In this document: positions 40,261 through 52,118 of the stretch, piece by piece
Layout of the letters: each line of letters opens with the position of its first letter
Position numbering within the stretch: position 1 is the stretch's first letter
From: Haliotis cracherodii
Lineage: Eukaryota
Direction: 5' to 3'
Assembly (NCBI RefSeq): GCF_022045235.1
Contig: NW_027266297.1
Coordinates: 19,468,001-19,532,000, forward strand
DNA length: 64,000 bases
Position numbers and translations under genes: made by a program
The notes under the pieces: model-generated
Database searches by the model: none
Told to the model about the DNA's origin: nothing
Seen by the model: the letters and a program-made list of their open reading frames with translations, nothing else

Positions 40261-40868
40261 CAATCTCATTAAAATCAGACCTTAGTTCTTGCCATGGCTA
40301 AACAAATATCTGAGGACATCAAATTAGGGGTCACATCAGAACGACCTTTCATCCGACCAATCAAAGCGTCGCTTACCAGATCAGGAAAGTGACAGTCGGA
40401 ATGTGTTTTCTAATCATGCAACCTCAAAAATGTTATGGGGTACATGGGGTATTCAGAATGACAGTTAAGGTCCGTACGACTGATTCAATCAAATTTATTG
40501 TCTATCTCTTGCTTCCGTGGGATAAACATGCGAACAGAGGAGGCGTTGCACAATACCTGGGAAGCGCTGCCAAGCAATCGGAACCATATCTTGGACATAC
40601 CGGAATGTTCGTTTGTTCAGTTTTCAAAATTTTAATCGAGAACTGTGTCAACATATATTTCAAGCATAGTCTGAGGTGGAAGTTGACAAGTTGAAACGAT
40701 TGCAGTGTAATGCTCGAGAAAGATGCTTTTTATTTGGCTGATGTCAACTTCTTGTTAGTTGTTTCAGTAGTCTGTCAAAGTTCGTGAAAGGTCGTTCTGA
40801 CGTGACCCGTAATGGGATGTCCTCAGATCTTTGTTTAGCGAGAACTAATTCTGATTTTAATGAGATTG
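40261..40868. mobile_element. Nested non-autonomous DNA elements in cathepsin intron 1
   Basis: Inner TIR ggggtcacatcagaacgacctttca (40327) / tgaaaggtcgttctgacgtgaccc (about 40785-40808). Outer inverted motif caatctcattaaaatcaga / tctgattttaatgagattg, which also occurs near 54997 and 58884. Confidence 0.6.
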
Positions 40869-41871
40869 TATCATGTAACACTGTCTTCTACTGTGTGAAC
40901 TCATTGTCTATGTCCCTCCAACTGATCAATCAGATTTCACCTCTCATATCACTTGCACTTGCTTCAAACAAAATGGCGGATCCCTGTCAGGAAGATCTGA
41001 TCAACAATCAAGATCTATATTGTTATAAAATGGATCTTACCTCGCGAAGTGAATTCAATCAACTGAGCCCCTTAATTAAAAACATGAAAAGATTTGAAAA
41101 AAATATCTGTTGACGGTACGCATGCTTTTCAAATCCAGCAGTCAACCTAAATCTACTTGTTGAAATCCATCAGGCTCACAGCCTGGATGTCTAATTTGTA
41201 CATGATTTTGATTGGACTATGCATGGACTCATTAAACTAGCCAAAATGAATTTCCGGAATTCCAGCCGAGTTTAGCAAGGGTGAAAACTGGACTTTTATG
41301 GTCAGTTAACTAACTCCCTTGCCTTGAGAAGATGCATTCATATTGGGTATTGATTGTTATATTTTAGGTTTTTCAATTTATTTTTACTCCCTTAGGTCAA
41401 GTCGCTGGGGTATTTGTTTACTAATCGGTAGTGCTTAGAATGCAGGGCTCTAGTTTGCATGTCTTCATGTGCTGCCCCAAGTGTGTCACATGTCACATTG
41501 GCTCACAACAGCGATGTACACATCTACGTTACGACATCTTCCCGAGGCAGGAGTGTCCACCAGCCTTTTTATCAATGTCTTGTTTCCAGAAACTAGGCTT
41601 TGACACAGGCTTGTGGACACCCTTGCCTTGGGAAGATGCTTTATGATGACTGAGCCTTTGTTCACTATTCACTGCAGTAGAGTTAATGTAGGCTGTGCAG
41701 ATCTGTGGAGACGCAGATATTCAAGCTGGAAAGACTGCATGGGAGTAATTATGCACAGGGTTGTTATACTATTGTTTTTTTAGTATTTTATGTGCATTTG
41801 TACGGAAGCAATATAATTAATTGGATAATGGTGATTCATTTTGCATATTATACACAGCATATCTGGGTCTG

Positions 41872-42154
41872 GGGGCACAGGTGGCCCAGTTGTCTAAGGC
41901 GCCATGATTCACTGTGCAGAGTTGCACCCCTTGGGCATGCCAGAAACCTATGATTGGGGGTTCGAATCCCGGTTCGCCCTGATTATGTTTCTAGGTTTGT
42001 CAGCACCATACCTGTGCTTGTGGGTTTCACAGAATTGGTATACGTCTGAGACCTGCATCACTTCGGGCTTTCCTCCCACATTAAGCTGACACGCCGTGAT
42101 ATAACTGGAATAATGTTAAAAGCGGCGTTGAACCCAACTCACTCACTCACTCAC
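41872..42154 (+). mobile_element. SINE family D, full length
   Basis: Flanking tatctgg(g/a)tct repeat. Confidence 0.9.
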
Positions 42155-42404
42155 TTATCTGGATCTCTTACCCGCAAAACCTCCACATGCTCCAATATGT
42201 TGCAGGTCTGATATTTTTATTCTGTGTTTTTTTATACTCTCAGTCATCCATAGAACATGTAGAACAGGCAGAAGCTAAGTATTGTGTTGACCAGGTAATA
42301 CAAACCACAACATTTTTATGTTTGAGATTTAGCATATTCTATTATTGCTGCTGACATGTTTGGATGTGATGATATTATTGCATATGTGTTTGTGTTATAC
42401 CTAG

Positions 42405-42563
42405 GCCTCTGTGCCTCCGCCCATGTGAAAGCCACTCCACCTACATTCGACTCCACCTATATCGTTAATGGCATCCTCCGACTGCCGTATGCTGAAATCA
42501 ATGAGCCCTTCACAGCCTACTTTGACAGCAAGAATAACAGAAGCAGGATCGACTACTATGGAG
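42405..42563 (+). CDS. Cathepsin exon 2 (GLCASAHVKATPPTFDSTY...LPYAEINEPFTAYFD...SRIDYYG)
   Basis: ag|GC and G|gtatgt junctions. LPYAEI.EPF...SRIDYYGG is characteristic of the 26/29-kDa proteinase N-terminal extension. Confidence 0.9.
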
Positions 42564-43623
42564 GTATGTCATATAGGAGACTGGCACTAGTCTAGGAACA
42601 AATCCAATTATGTGTTTAACTGTTTCTTATTTCAACACATATTGAGCTCATCCAAAGTTCTTGTCTATTGGTCCAGGTTGGTTTTTTTTGCTATCTTTAA
42701 ACATGGCATTGACTGGTTTGTCTGTATTAACTGTGGCGATAAAAGCTATGGTGATAAAAGCTATGGTGAAACCAAAAAATACTTTTTTTGTTGTTTTACA
42801 ACATTTCCTGCAAATAACATGGTATGTCTAGGCCTGAAATTGGCCCCGGAGATTGTCGTGATCAATCCCTGCATTGCACTATGATGGGGAGGTGGTGCTG
42901 GTTCAGATCTTGCCTCTGTTGACTACCTCGTGTCAGGACACATCTGTCTTGCATGGTAGACAGTATTGTTGTGATGACCTGCCTGTCTGTTGTTGAACAG
43001 GATGTGACAGATATATGAATCATGTACATCCTGGTACTTACACAGCCGCGGGGTGAACTAATGCGGTTGTCGTCACTCCAGTGTGCATCATCTGCCTGAT
43101 AGGATTGTAAATAGTGGAAGAAGGCTATTTGTTGAAAATTTATCTGAGAAAGCTTCTTCTGTGGGAAATGTGTTAATGATAAGATGCTAAAGTTCTGTGT
43201 TTGGCTTCAAGTCATTCAAACTCTACTTTGTTTCCTAACTCAATCTTTATGATATATACTAATAAATACTCAAAAGAAGTAAAGGGACACCCATTTTTTT
43301 CACATGACTATAGTTAATCAGGGCTGACGTATATTGCAACACACAGCCTTCCTATTGTGGGTGTTTGTTAACTTGTGTTGAATACATATAGTATATAGTT
43401 ATCTTACAGTTAATGATTATCTAAAGTGCACAGGGACAATGGCTCAGGTAGTTAAAGTTTTAGCCCTGGCTATTTATTTGGCATCACACCTGGACAGGGG
43501 GTTGTTGTTCGTGGCGTCAGCCACTAGTTTGTTGTATCCAGGCTTGTTTACAGGCTATAGTGATACCACTATAGAGTGGCTGACCACAGCCTAAAACAAC
43601 ATTCATTCAGTCCTTAATGATGG

Positions 43624-43891
43624 ACCTGTGAAGATTCCAGGGGTAGAATAGGTCCTCAGCAACCCATGCTTGCCGTAAAAGGTGACTATGCTTGTCGTAA
43701 AAGGCAACTAACGGGATCGGATGGTCAGGCTCGCTGACTTGGTTGATGCATGTCATGGATCCCAATGGTGTGGATCAATGCTCATGACATTAATCACTGG
43801 ATTGTCTGGTCCAGACTTGATTATTTACAGACCTCCGTCATATAGCTGGAATATTGTTGAGTGCGGCGTAAAAACAACAAACCAAACAAAC
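43624..43891 (+). mobile_element. Family C, full length with 13-bp TSD
   Basis: ccttaatgatgga on both sides. Confidence 0.9.
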
Positions 43892-43934
43892 CTTAATGAT
43901 GGAATTGTGTGCTGGATTTGGTGTCAATCTAGGG

Positions 43935-44133
43935 GTTTGTTTGTTGTTTAACGCTGGACTCAACAATATTCCAGCTATATGACGGTGATCTGCAAATAAT
44001 CGAGTCTGAACCCAGACAATCCAGTGATTGACATCATGAGCATCGATCCACGCAATTGTTATACAATGACAACCAAGTCTTTTGCGTGAAGAATGGGTTT
44101 CTGAAGACCTATTCTACCCCGGATCTTCACGGG
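43935..44133 (-). mobile_element. Family C, internally deleted, tail-to-tail with the previous copy
   Basis: Reverse-complement match. Confidence 0.85.
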
Positions 44134-44444
44134 TTATACATGCTTATAATAGTGCACCTAGTGCCAGTCAATACACACTCGTTATCTATATGTGATGCCT
44201 AAAAGATAACTTTCTCAATTTTTTATATACAGAAAACAAATACTGTTGGTGATTCAGTGATAACGTCTATGTAAAAACAGGTCAATATTAGGTCATATGT
44301 CATATTATGATAGACACTAGATATGCAAAATGTACTATAAGTTGAGCACAAATTCAGAATAATTCTTTGTTATTGCATACCAACCTGTTAATATAACAAT
44401 GCAATATTTACCACAGTTGCACCCTGATTTCTAAGTCAGAGCTA

Positions 44445-44580
44445 GGGTGGTGGGGTAGCTAAGTGGTTAATGTGTTTGCCTGTCACACTGAAGGCTTGAG
44501 TTTGATTCCCCACATGGGTACAGTGTGTGAAGCCCATTTCTGATGACCACCACCGTTATATTGCTCGAAAACTGCTAAAG
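44445..44580 (+). mobile_element. SINE family A, diverged
   Basis: Recognisable head and body, no tail repeat. Confidence 0.75.
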
Positions 44581-44829
44581 ATGTCATAATACCCATGGAT
44601 TACTTTGTGGACATTTAAGTTTAACAAAATCAGTTGGTTTTCGTCTTTGGCAATGGACAAAAACAAATCTGCTTAGGTAACCTAAAACGTTAATTTCATC
44701 ACAACAATTTATGTTAGATATTATCAATGACAATTTTCGTATCGATTATCGTTAATATTTCTTTCCATCGACAATAATTCCAATTATTGATGTTTTTTTA
44801 GCCAGCCCTACTTCTTATCCCTATTTCAG

Positions 44830-44999
44830 GTAGTGTTGTCACAATCCTGAGAGCTGATGTGGGAAAGTATGGCATTACTTACAAGCTGGCGCCAATGTCC
44901 AACTACACTGTAAATACAGAGACGTGCTTCCAGACTAATGGCACCAATGACACTGTCACTACAGTACAGTCAATTCTGCCAGATCTCACAGGATTCAAG
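44830..44999 (+). CDS. Cathepsin exon 3 (...YGITYKLAPM...CFQTNGT...QSILPDLTGFK)
   Basis: tttcag|GT and AAG|gtaaac junctions; frame continuous. Confidence 0.9.
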
Positions 45000-45709
45000 G
45001 TAAACCCACACAAAGCCCCCCCTGACAAGCTTACCATTTACCCACATTGCTGCTGGACGATTAACACTCTTCCTATGTTTGTACAAGATTAACATTTTTA
45101 CGATTCATTTGGCACTGTTCAGTGGTGTACTCGACTTAGGAGTTACAATAGACATGGTAAAGGACACTTCTACCTGTACCATGTTTACCATTTTTACCTC
45201 TGATTATTTTCTGACATAGAAATATTAACGCTTTCTGAATTGATTCCCACATGTCTCTTCAAGCAAGGTGTCTGATTCAAAATAAACAGCTCTCTAGTCT
45301 AAGTTTTTTTGTGTGTTAGGGAGCCAAGCAGCTGCTAACATGAATATTTGAGGAGCCAAACTTAAGTTTTTAGGAGCCAACAGATATCTTAAACAGATGT
45401 TGCAGGAAATTATGTTTACTGTTATGTAGCCAGACCCTGTTGCCCTATTGTTGCCCTATGTTTGTGTCAAAGGGACCACTAAAGTGAGGATTGGATGGTT
45501 TCATGGCTGTTTCATGGAAGTATCTTACAAAATGTTTCCATGTACATATATTATGCCTCTTTATACCGACAGAACCTTATGAAAGAATAATCTTAGCTGC
45601 TTGGTATTAGGAAACTATTGTGTATATACATTAGGTACATATTTATAGATATTTGCCATCTGAATAAACTACAAACAAAAGAGTTAGAAATGGTATTAAA
45701 CTACTAGGC

Positions 45710-46360
45710 TGTCATATGATATTGTGGGACGTGATATTACAAATGGTTTAGTATAGTTATATGTATATGAAATGATATGATGTGACATGACATGATGTGA
45801 TATGATATGATAAGTGTTGTGGTGTGATATGATACATGAGGGGATATGATGCAATATGTTATGTGTATTATAGAAATTGTGTAAATACTGTTTTTTAGTG
45901 TACATATTATATGGCTTGCGGTCTTCCAGTGTTTAATAAATATTGATTGATTGATATGAAATAAATTGGCATGGAATGACATGGCATGATAAGATATGAT
46001 GGGACAAGCCATGAAATTGCTAATGTGTTGTATGATATGACATGTTGAAATGTGATATAATATACGGGGTAGGTGTGATATATGGTACGATGGTATGTAT
46101 GGTATGTTATGATATGATAATGGTATATGAAATAATACTATATAGTATGATCTTATAATAATGATACGATATGATTTGATGTTATAGAATATGTTGTATG
46201 ATATAACAAGTTGTGATATGGTAAAATAGAAATTATGAAATTACAGGATATGGCATTGTACTGTATGTGTGAAATTATGCGACTGCATTGAGATGCGAGG
46301 TGGAATGACGTGAGGTGATTTGGTGAGATATGTACATAAATGGTATAAAATTGTATATCC
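45710..46360. repeat. Degenerate (ATATG)n low-complexity tract in cathepsin intron 3
   Basis: Recurrent gatat/tgata pentamers. Confidence 0.8.
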
Positions 46361-47022
46361 TTCAAATTGTACTATAGGCCTGTGGCCTCTTCAGTATGTG
46401 AAATAAAGATTGAACAGGCTGTTTAATTATACCTGAAAGTGGGGAACGTTTCTATAGACAACTGCCTGGCCTTGATTTGATCATTATGAATCAATGTTAT
46501 GTACCATATTCACTGTAGTAAGTGCCATGGGATCTTAAAAAATTGACAAGGAGTGGTGATTGTTAGCTTATAACCACACACAATGAATTATGTTTGATTT
46601 TTGACGTACGTGAAACAAAAGTTTTTCGGTAATAGTTACAAGGCATTTCTATACCCCATCTGCACTGCAGTTGTTTGTAATAAGTTGGTAATATGCACAC
46701 AAAAATAGCGACTGTTGCACACATTTTCAGTCTTCGTAGAGGCTACATGGGTCTAGATGTTTGTAAGGGGGCACTTGAAGGAGCACAGTCCTTATTACAT
46801 CGAGTACGACAGCTGTCATCATTTTTTTTAATTGGTATTTTATTTTAGCTGTAACCATGGTAACCATGGTAATATTGCTTGAAACACATTTACTCACAAG
46901 CCCATGAGAAATACACCGTTTACTCTGAAAAGAGAAAGTCACAGCTCAAACCGATTTGACATTGCATGAGAACAAGTTGTCTGTCCTTTCAGCCTGTAAC
47001 TTTTGACGTTGTTTTCTTTCAG

Positions 47023-47263
47023 TTCTCCGAAACTAAAATGATGAGCGGTTTACAGCTTGACCTGTGGACAAAGCGGACTGTTGTAGGCACAAAGGAGAAT
47101 GTGTATGTGATGTACACCGACAGCAAAACAAAATACCCTGTTAGATATGAAATGATGGGATATGACACTCTGCTGGGGTCTCATTATGATAAATATTCCC
47201 TCGACTATGAAACTTACAAAGGTGGAATGGCTATATCGGAGACTATGTTCGAGACACCAAAGA
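47023..47263 (+). CDS. Cathepsin exon 4 (...PVRYEMMGYDTLLGSHYDKYSLDY...)
   Basis: tctttcag|TTC and A|gtaagt junctions; family motif YEM.GY.TLLGSHYD.Y. Confidence 0.9.
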
Positions 47264-47314
47264 GTAAGTTTGATGTTAGGGGAACTTGAATAAGGCACAT
47301 CAGTTACTCTTACG

Positions 47315-47577
47315 CCACACGGTCGTCAAAGGTGCTGCAATTTGCTGTGCAGAGTTGCTTCCCCTGTGCATGCCAGAAACCTATGGTCGTGGGTTCGAAT
47401 CATGGTTCACCCCGATTATGTTTCTAGGTTTGTCAGCGCCATATTAGTGCATGGGTTTCACCAAAGTGGTAAACGTCTGAGACCTACATCGCTAATGAAG
47501 TTGACATGCCATGATCATGATGATATAACATGATATAACTGGAATACTGTTCAAAGCAACATAAAACTCAACTCACC
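47315..47577 (+). mobile_element. SINE family D, diverged
   Basis: Body and tail match. Confidence 0.78.
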
Positions 47578-47807
47578 TTTAGGATGATGTTGAGTACCTC
47601 AATGTTCATTAACTGTTTCACAAATAGGATATAACATATTATCAATCTGCATGAGCAAAGGTTTTAATGTAGGATATTGCAAACCAAATTTTCCATTTCT
47701 TTTGTATTATTTCACATTGTTTGTAGGCTTGGGGTAGCCATTAGATCATTTGAAGATTGTCAAGCTAAATATCTTGGTCTTGCGTGATGGGTACATATTA
47801 GCAGTGG

Positions 47808-48246
47808 GTACAGGTGGCCCAGTCGTCTAGGGAGCCACTACTAAGGTCTCTGTGTGGAGTTGCATCTGTTAGCTATGATTATGGGGGCGGTCGGGTAGCC
47901 TAGTGGTTAAAGCGTTTGCTCGTCAAGCCGAAGACCCGGTTTCGATTCCCGACATAGGTACAATGTGTGAAGCCCATTTCTGGTATCCCTGCGGGGATAT
48001 TGCTGGAATATTGCTAAAAGCGGCGTAAAACGATACTCACTCACTCACTATGATTATGGGTTCAAATCCAGCTTTGCCTAAGTTATGGTTATGTCAGAAC
48101 CATACCAGTGCTTACCGATTTCACTGAAGTGGTAAACATCTGAGACCTGCATTGCGTCAGGTTTCCCTTCCAAAGCAAACTGCCATGCCATGATGTTACT
48201 GGAATACTGTTCAGATCAGTGTTGAACATGTTAAACCAAACTCACC
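47808..48246 (+). mobile_element. SINE family D, diverged, split by a family A insertion
   Basis: Halves rejoin at the TSD just before the B box. Confidence 0.8.
47884..48047 (+). mobile_element. SINE family A nested in a family D copy
   Basis: TSD ctatgattatgg at 47873 and 48048. Confidence 0.9.
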
Positions 48247-48399
48247 CCCATGTTGGTAACCTGGCTTGTTGTGGGTCATCATCCAGACAGCAAGTATTGG
48301 TGCCTCTGCTGTATACCTGCTCTGTCTGATCCAAACTGGATTATTCAAAGGTTGTAATTAAATGGGTGAATTATTGCTGACAACTTAAAACAGCATCCG

Positions 48400-48610
48400 C
48401 TCATTCCTGTAACCATGGTAACCCTTGAGATGGCATGTGTAGGAGGGACGTGGCAATGAGACATATGAAGACACTTATAATGGGCTTCTGGCCACAATAT
48501 CCACTTCCTCACTCACTCCTGTAACCATGGTAACCCATGTGATGGCATGTGTGAAGGGGACATGGCAATGAGAAATATTAAGACACTTTTAACAGGCATC
48601 TCGCACTTCA
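48400..48610. repeat. Tandem duplication of about 112 bp
   Basis: tcctgtaaccatggtaa...gatggcatgtgt...ggcaatgaga...agacactt occurs twice. Confidence 0.8.
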
Positions 48611-48619
48611 TATTGTACC

Positions 48620-48745
48620 CACTCATCACACAGAAGACCTGGGTTCGATTCCCGACATGGGTACAATGTATGAAGCCCATTTCTGGTATCCCCCGCCGTG
48701 ATATTGCTGGAATATTGCTAAAAGCGGCGTAAACCATACTTGCTC
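48620..48745 (+). mobile_element. SINE family A, 5'-truncated
   Basis: B box, body and tail present. Confidence 0.8.
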
Positions 48746-48756
48746 GCTCTAATTGT

Positions 48757-49024
48757 ACCCATAAAGATCCAGAGTAGAATAGGTCTTCAGCTACCCATGC
48801 TTGCCATAAAAGGCGACTATGCTTGTTGTAAGATGTGACTAACGGGATTGGGTGGTCAGGCTCGCGGACTTGGTTCACACATGTCATTGTATCTCAATAG
48901 CGTGGATCAATGCTCATGATGTCAATCACTGGATTGTCTGGTCCAGACTCGATTATTTACAGACCGTCGTCATATAGCTGGAATACTGAAATGCGGCGTA
49001 AAACAACTAACAAACAAACAAACA
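48757..49024 (+). mobile_element. Family C, full length
   Basis: Head with duplicated module; (CAAA)n tail. Confidence 0.88.
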
Positions 49025-49089
49025 ATTCTAATTATCCACTGACAAAGTCTTCATTGTAAAGTCCTGTATCTGCTTCTCTTCCCCTGCAG

Positions 49090-49282
49090 ATCTGTCCTGT
49101 GGTGGGTTCCCGGGGCCTGGAGTTAGTCATCACCTCAACATGAACCCAATGAGGGAGTTTATCCACCACGATGACAGCCATACAAATCTACTGTTTGACA
49201 CCTTTAAGAAGACGCACAAGAGGAGCTACGTGTCTGACAAGGAACATGCACAGAGAACACATATCTTCAGACAAAATGTCAG
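49090..49282 (+). CDS. Cathepsin exon 5 (CGGFPGPG...NPMREF, start of I29 propeptide)
   Basis: cccctgcag|AT and AG|gtgggt junctions; first part of the ERFNIN-like motif EHAQRTHIFRQNVR. Confidence 0.9.
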
Positions 49283-49677
49283 GTGGGTGGGCTGCTTTAG
49301 GCATGAGTTTATGTGTTACGTATTTCATCACTTTAATTCTTTAAGTTTTGGAGAGAATGTGAGTGAGTGAGCTCGGTTTCAACGCTGCTTTGAGCAGTGA
49401 TTAATTTATATCATGAGTCAGGTTAATGTGGGGCTTGGAATGAAAGTCCAGATACGGCACTAAAGACAACTCGCCCATAGGTGCCTCTGAAGAGGGAAAT
49501 GGGGGAAGAACAATCTGAAATGTTTAAAAAGACTGAACCGATCATGTTTTTCAAATGGGCTGACCAAACTTAATCTGTTGTAATTGATCAGAAATATGTA
49601 AACTTTAATCACAAGATGTGTTGATAAATTCAAGTTATGGCAAGAGAACAACAGTACATGCTGCATTCTGTCTACAG

Positions 49678-49871
49678 ATTCATCTACTCCAAGAACCGAA
49701 ACAACCTGAGCTACCGCCTGTCTGTCAACCACATGGCCGATCGCACCAATGAAGAGATGAAGCTGATGAACGGCTACCACTACACCCACGGCGACCACGG
49801 GGGCTTGCCCTTCGACAAGACCAAGTACAACTTGAAGAACGTCCCCGACCAGGTGGACTGGAGGCTGTTTG
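49678..49871 (+). CDS. Cathepsin exon 6 (FIYSKN...VNHMAD...VPDQVDWRLFG)
   Basis: tctacag|A and G|gtaaga junctions; end of I29 propeptide and mature-enzyme start P..VDWR. Confidence 0.92.
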
Positions 49872-50034
49872 GTAAGAAGTTGGAAAGATTTATAAGTACT
49901 GAGTCACCACATGACGCAAAGAAGGGGAAACTTTTAAAAGGGTGGTCCAATAACTGTTGCCATGGAACAGTTACGAGACATGCCATTTGATAAACGATTT
50001 TGCTTCCTGTATTTCACTATGGCTGATATTTGAG

Positions 50035-50190
50035 GATCACCTCTGTGGTCCAGAGGTAGAGCATCCACCCGGAGTGCGTAAGGTCAAGGGTTTCATCCCA
50101 AGCCATGTCATACCAAAAGAAGTTAAAAGATGGTACTTGTTATTACCCTGTCTGGCACTCAGCATTAAGGGGCTGAAACAAGGACTGGTA
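50035..50190 (+). mobile_element. SINE family B 5' fragment
   Basis: Head to aaggactgg. Confidence 0.75.
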
Positions 50191-50686
50191 AGTTATAAAT
50201 TTTAACACATTAGTTAGGGTCAGGTCTTTTATTATAGGGGGGCATGAGGATGGGGTTCAGAAAAATATGACACAGACCTAAGACCAATTCGACAATATAT
50301 GGACTAAGATTTAGTCAAGCTAGGTGAACTAATTCTTAACCGTTTGGTGTCTCACATATATTTATGTAACTGTCAGAACATAAGAATAAAGATAGTCGCT
50401 AGGGGAATTGTATGTAGAAATATGGTGACATAAAGATATGTTGAAACAGGATTAAGACAAAAAAAGAATGAAAATTAAGACTTTGGTACAATTTTTGATG
50501 ACTGTTGGAGAGTTTTACTAAAGGTGAAGAACTGAATATCTTTGTAGGTGTGGAGACATAGGTTTCATATATAAGTCCCACAGATTTAGCATCTGCAAAC
50601 AAAAGGTTTTGATGCAGACTATGACCTCCACTGACCTGGTCACAGTTGAACTATTGACATGATGATGTAACATCTTCTGTCTTCAG

Positions 50687-50778
50687 GTGCTGTCACCCCA
50701 GTGAAAGACCAGGCTGTCTGTGGTTCCTGCTGGAGTTTTGGTACAACTGGCACCATCGAAGGTGCCAACTTTCTGAAG
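50687..50778 (+). CDS. Cathepsin exon 7 (catalytic Cys: [10 protein letters not shown])
   Basis: cttcag|GT and AAG|gtgagg junctions; papain active-site motif. Confidence 0.95.
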
Positions 50779-51518
50779 GTGAGGGGCACTGTGAGATGGT
50801 TCAGCCATGGTCAAGGGGAGATAATCAGTTTGAAAACTACAAATCAATGCATCTTCAGTTCCTTTTACACGACCAAACATTTTGAATATCTGTCCTATTA
50901 CGTGATGAGAATGATCCTGTCTGATGTCAACTAGTTTAGAATATTTTTTATGAAATATGATTTTTACAAGGAAAATATGTCAAGCCCATATGATAATCCA
51001 AGTTACAACCTGCATTGGTGTTTCCTGTTTTGAGTTGACTGCAGTGTTGCTGAAACTCTTGCCTCACTTCCTCACTTGCCTACTCGTATAGACACGGGCA
51101 AAAAAAAGTCTCCCAGTACCTCATATGTGTCATTGCCAACTAATATTCGATTTTTTGTAATATTTAGAAAAATGGCCACAGAAATCAAATTACGTTTTTC
51201 TGGGTATTTAGGCATTAGATCATCAAACACAACAATGTCAGCAGACAAGTTGGAATTTCATTCAATGCAACACTGTATAGCATTATTTTGCAATACAAAT
51301 GTTAAAATATGGTGCTTGTTACGCTGCAAGGTGCTCGGCATTAAAGGGATAAAACAAAGAAGGTCTGCTCGGAGTCAGTACACTTGCTCTGTCTGTGTGG
51401 GGTATCTATCTTATTTTGTGGCAACTGTAAAACCGGCATTAGTCCGTACAAGTGCAAGCACAGACATGTGATCTATCTATGTGTAGAAACTCTTTCTTTT
51501 CGATGTTGGGTATTATGA

Positions 51519-51787
51519 TTGGTTGGTTGGTTTGTTGTTTAACGCCGCACTCAACAATATTCCAGCTATATGATGGCGGTCTGTAAATAATCGAGTCTGG
51601 ACCAGACAATCCAGTGATTAATATCATGAGCATCGATCCACGCAGTTGGGATCGATGACATGCATCAACCAAGTCAGCGAGTCTGACCACCCAATCCCAT
51701 TAGTCGCCTTTTACGACAAGCATAGTCACCTATTACGGCAAGCATGGGTTGCTGAAGACCTATTCTACCCCAGAATCTTCACGGGTC
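51519..51787 (-). mobile_element. Family C, full length with 10-bp TSD
   Basis: ggtattatga on both sides. Confidence 0.9.
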
Positions 51788-51892
51788 AGGTATTATGAAA
51801 GAACAGAAAGAGTCCTTGATACAAACCTAATGTAAGAACTGAAGATTGTTTGTGTTCCCAGGTCAAAGCGTTGGCTTGTTATGCGGAAGACT

Positions 51893-51955
51893 CCCCCGCC
51901 GTGATATTGCTGGAATATTGCTAAAAGCGGCGTAAAACCATACTCACTCACTCAC
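51893..51955 (+). mobile_element. SINE family A 3' fragment with 14-bp TSD
   Basis: tatgcggaagactc repeated at 51880 and 51956. Confidence 0.8.
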
Positions 51956-52118
51956 TATGCGGAAGACTCATCACTGAGCATTTTCAGTTATCTACATGTA
52001 CTATTCATGGGGACCATTCTTGATGTCCCCCATTGAGGTACTTTGGAATAACACTAAACATCAAGGACTCCCTTGTTTTTCTTCTATCAGTGACTCACCC
52101 CCTTCTCTGTCCCCACAG

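Noticed and set aside
43624-43725. Calling the family C head an HDV-like ribozyme outright
   Set aside because: It has a CUAA before the closing stem, but the strand order and the P1.1 GG do not fit the canonical HDV topology; kept only as an unclassified candidate.
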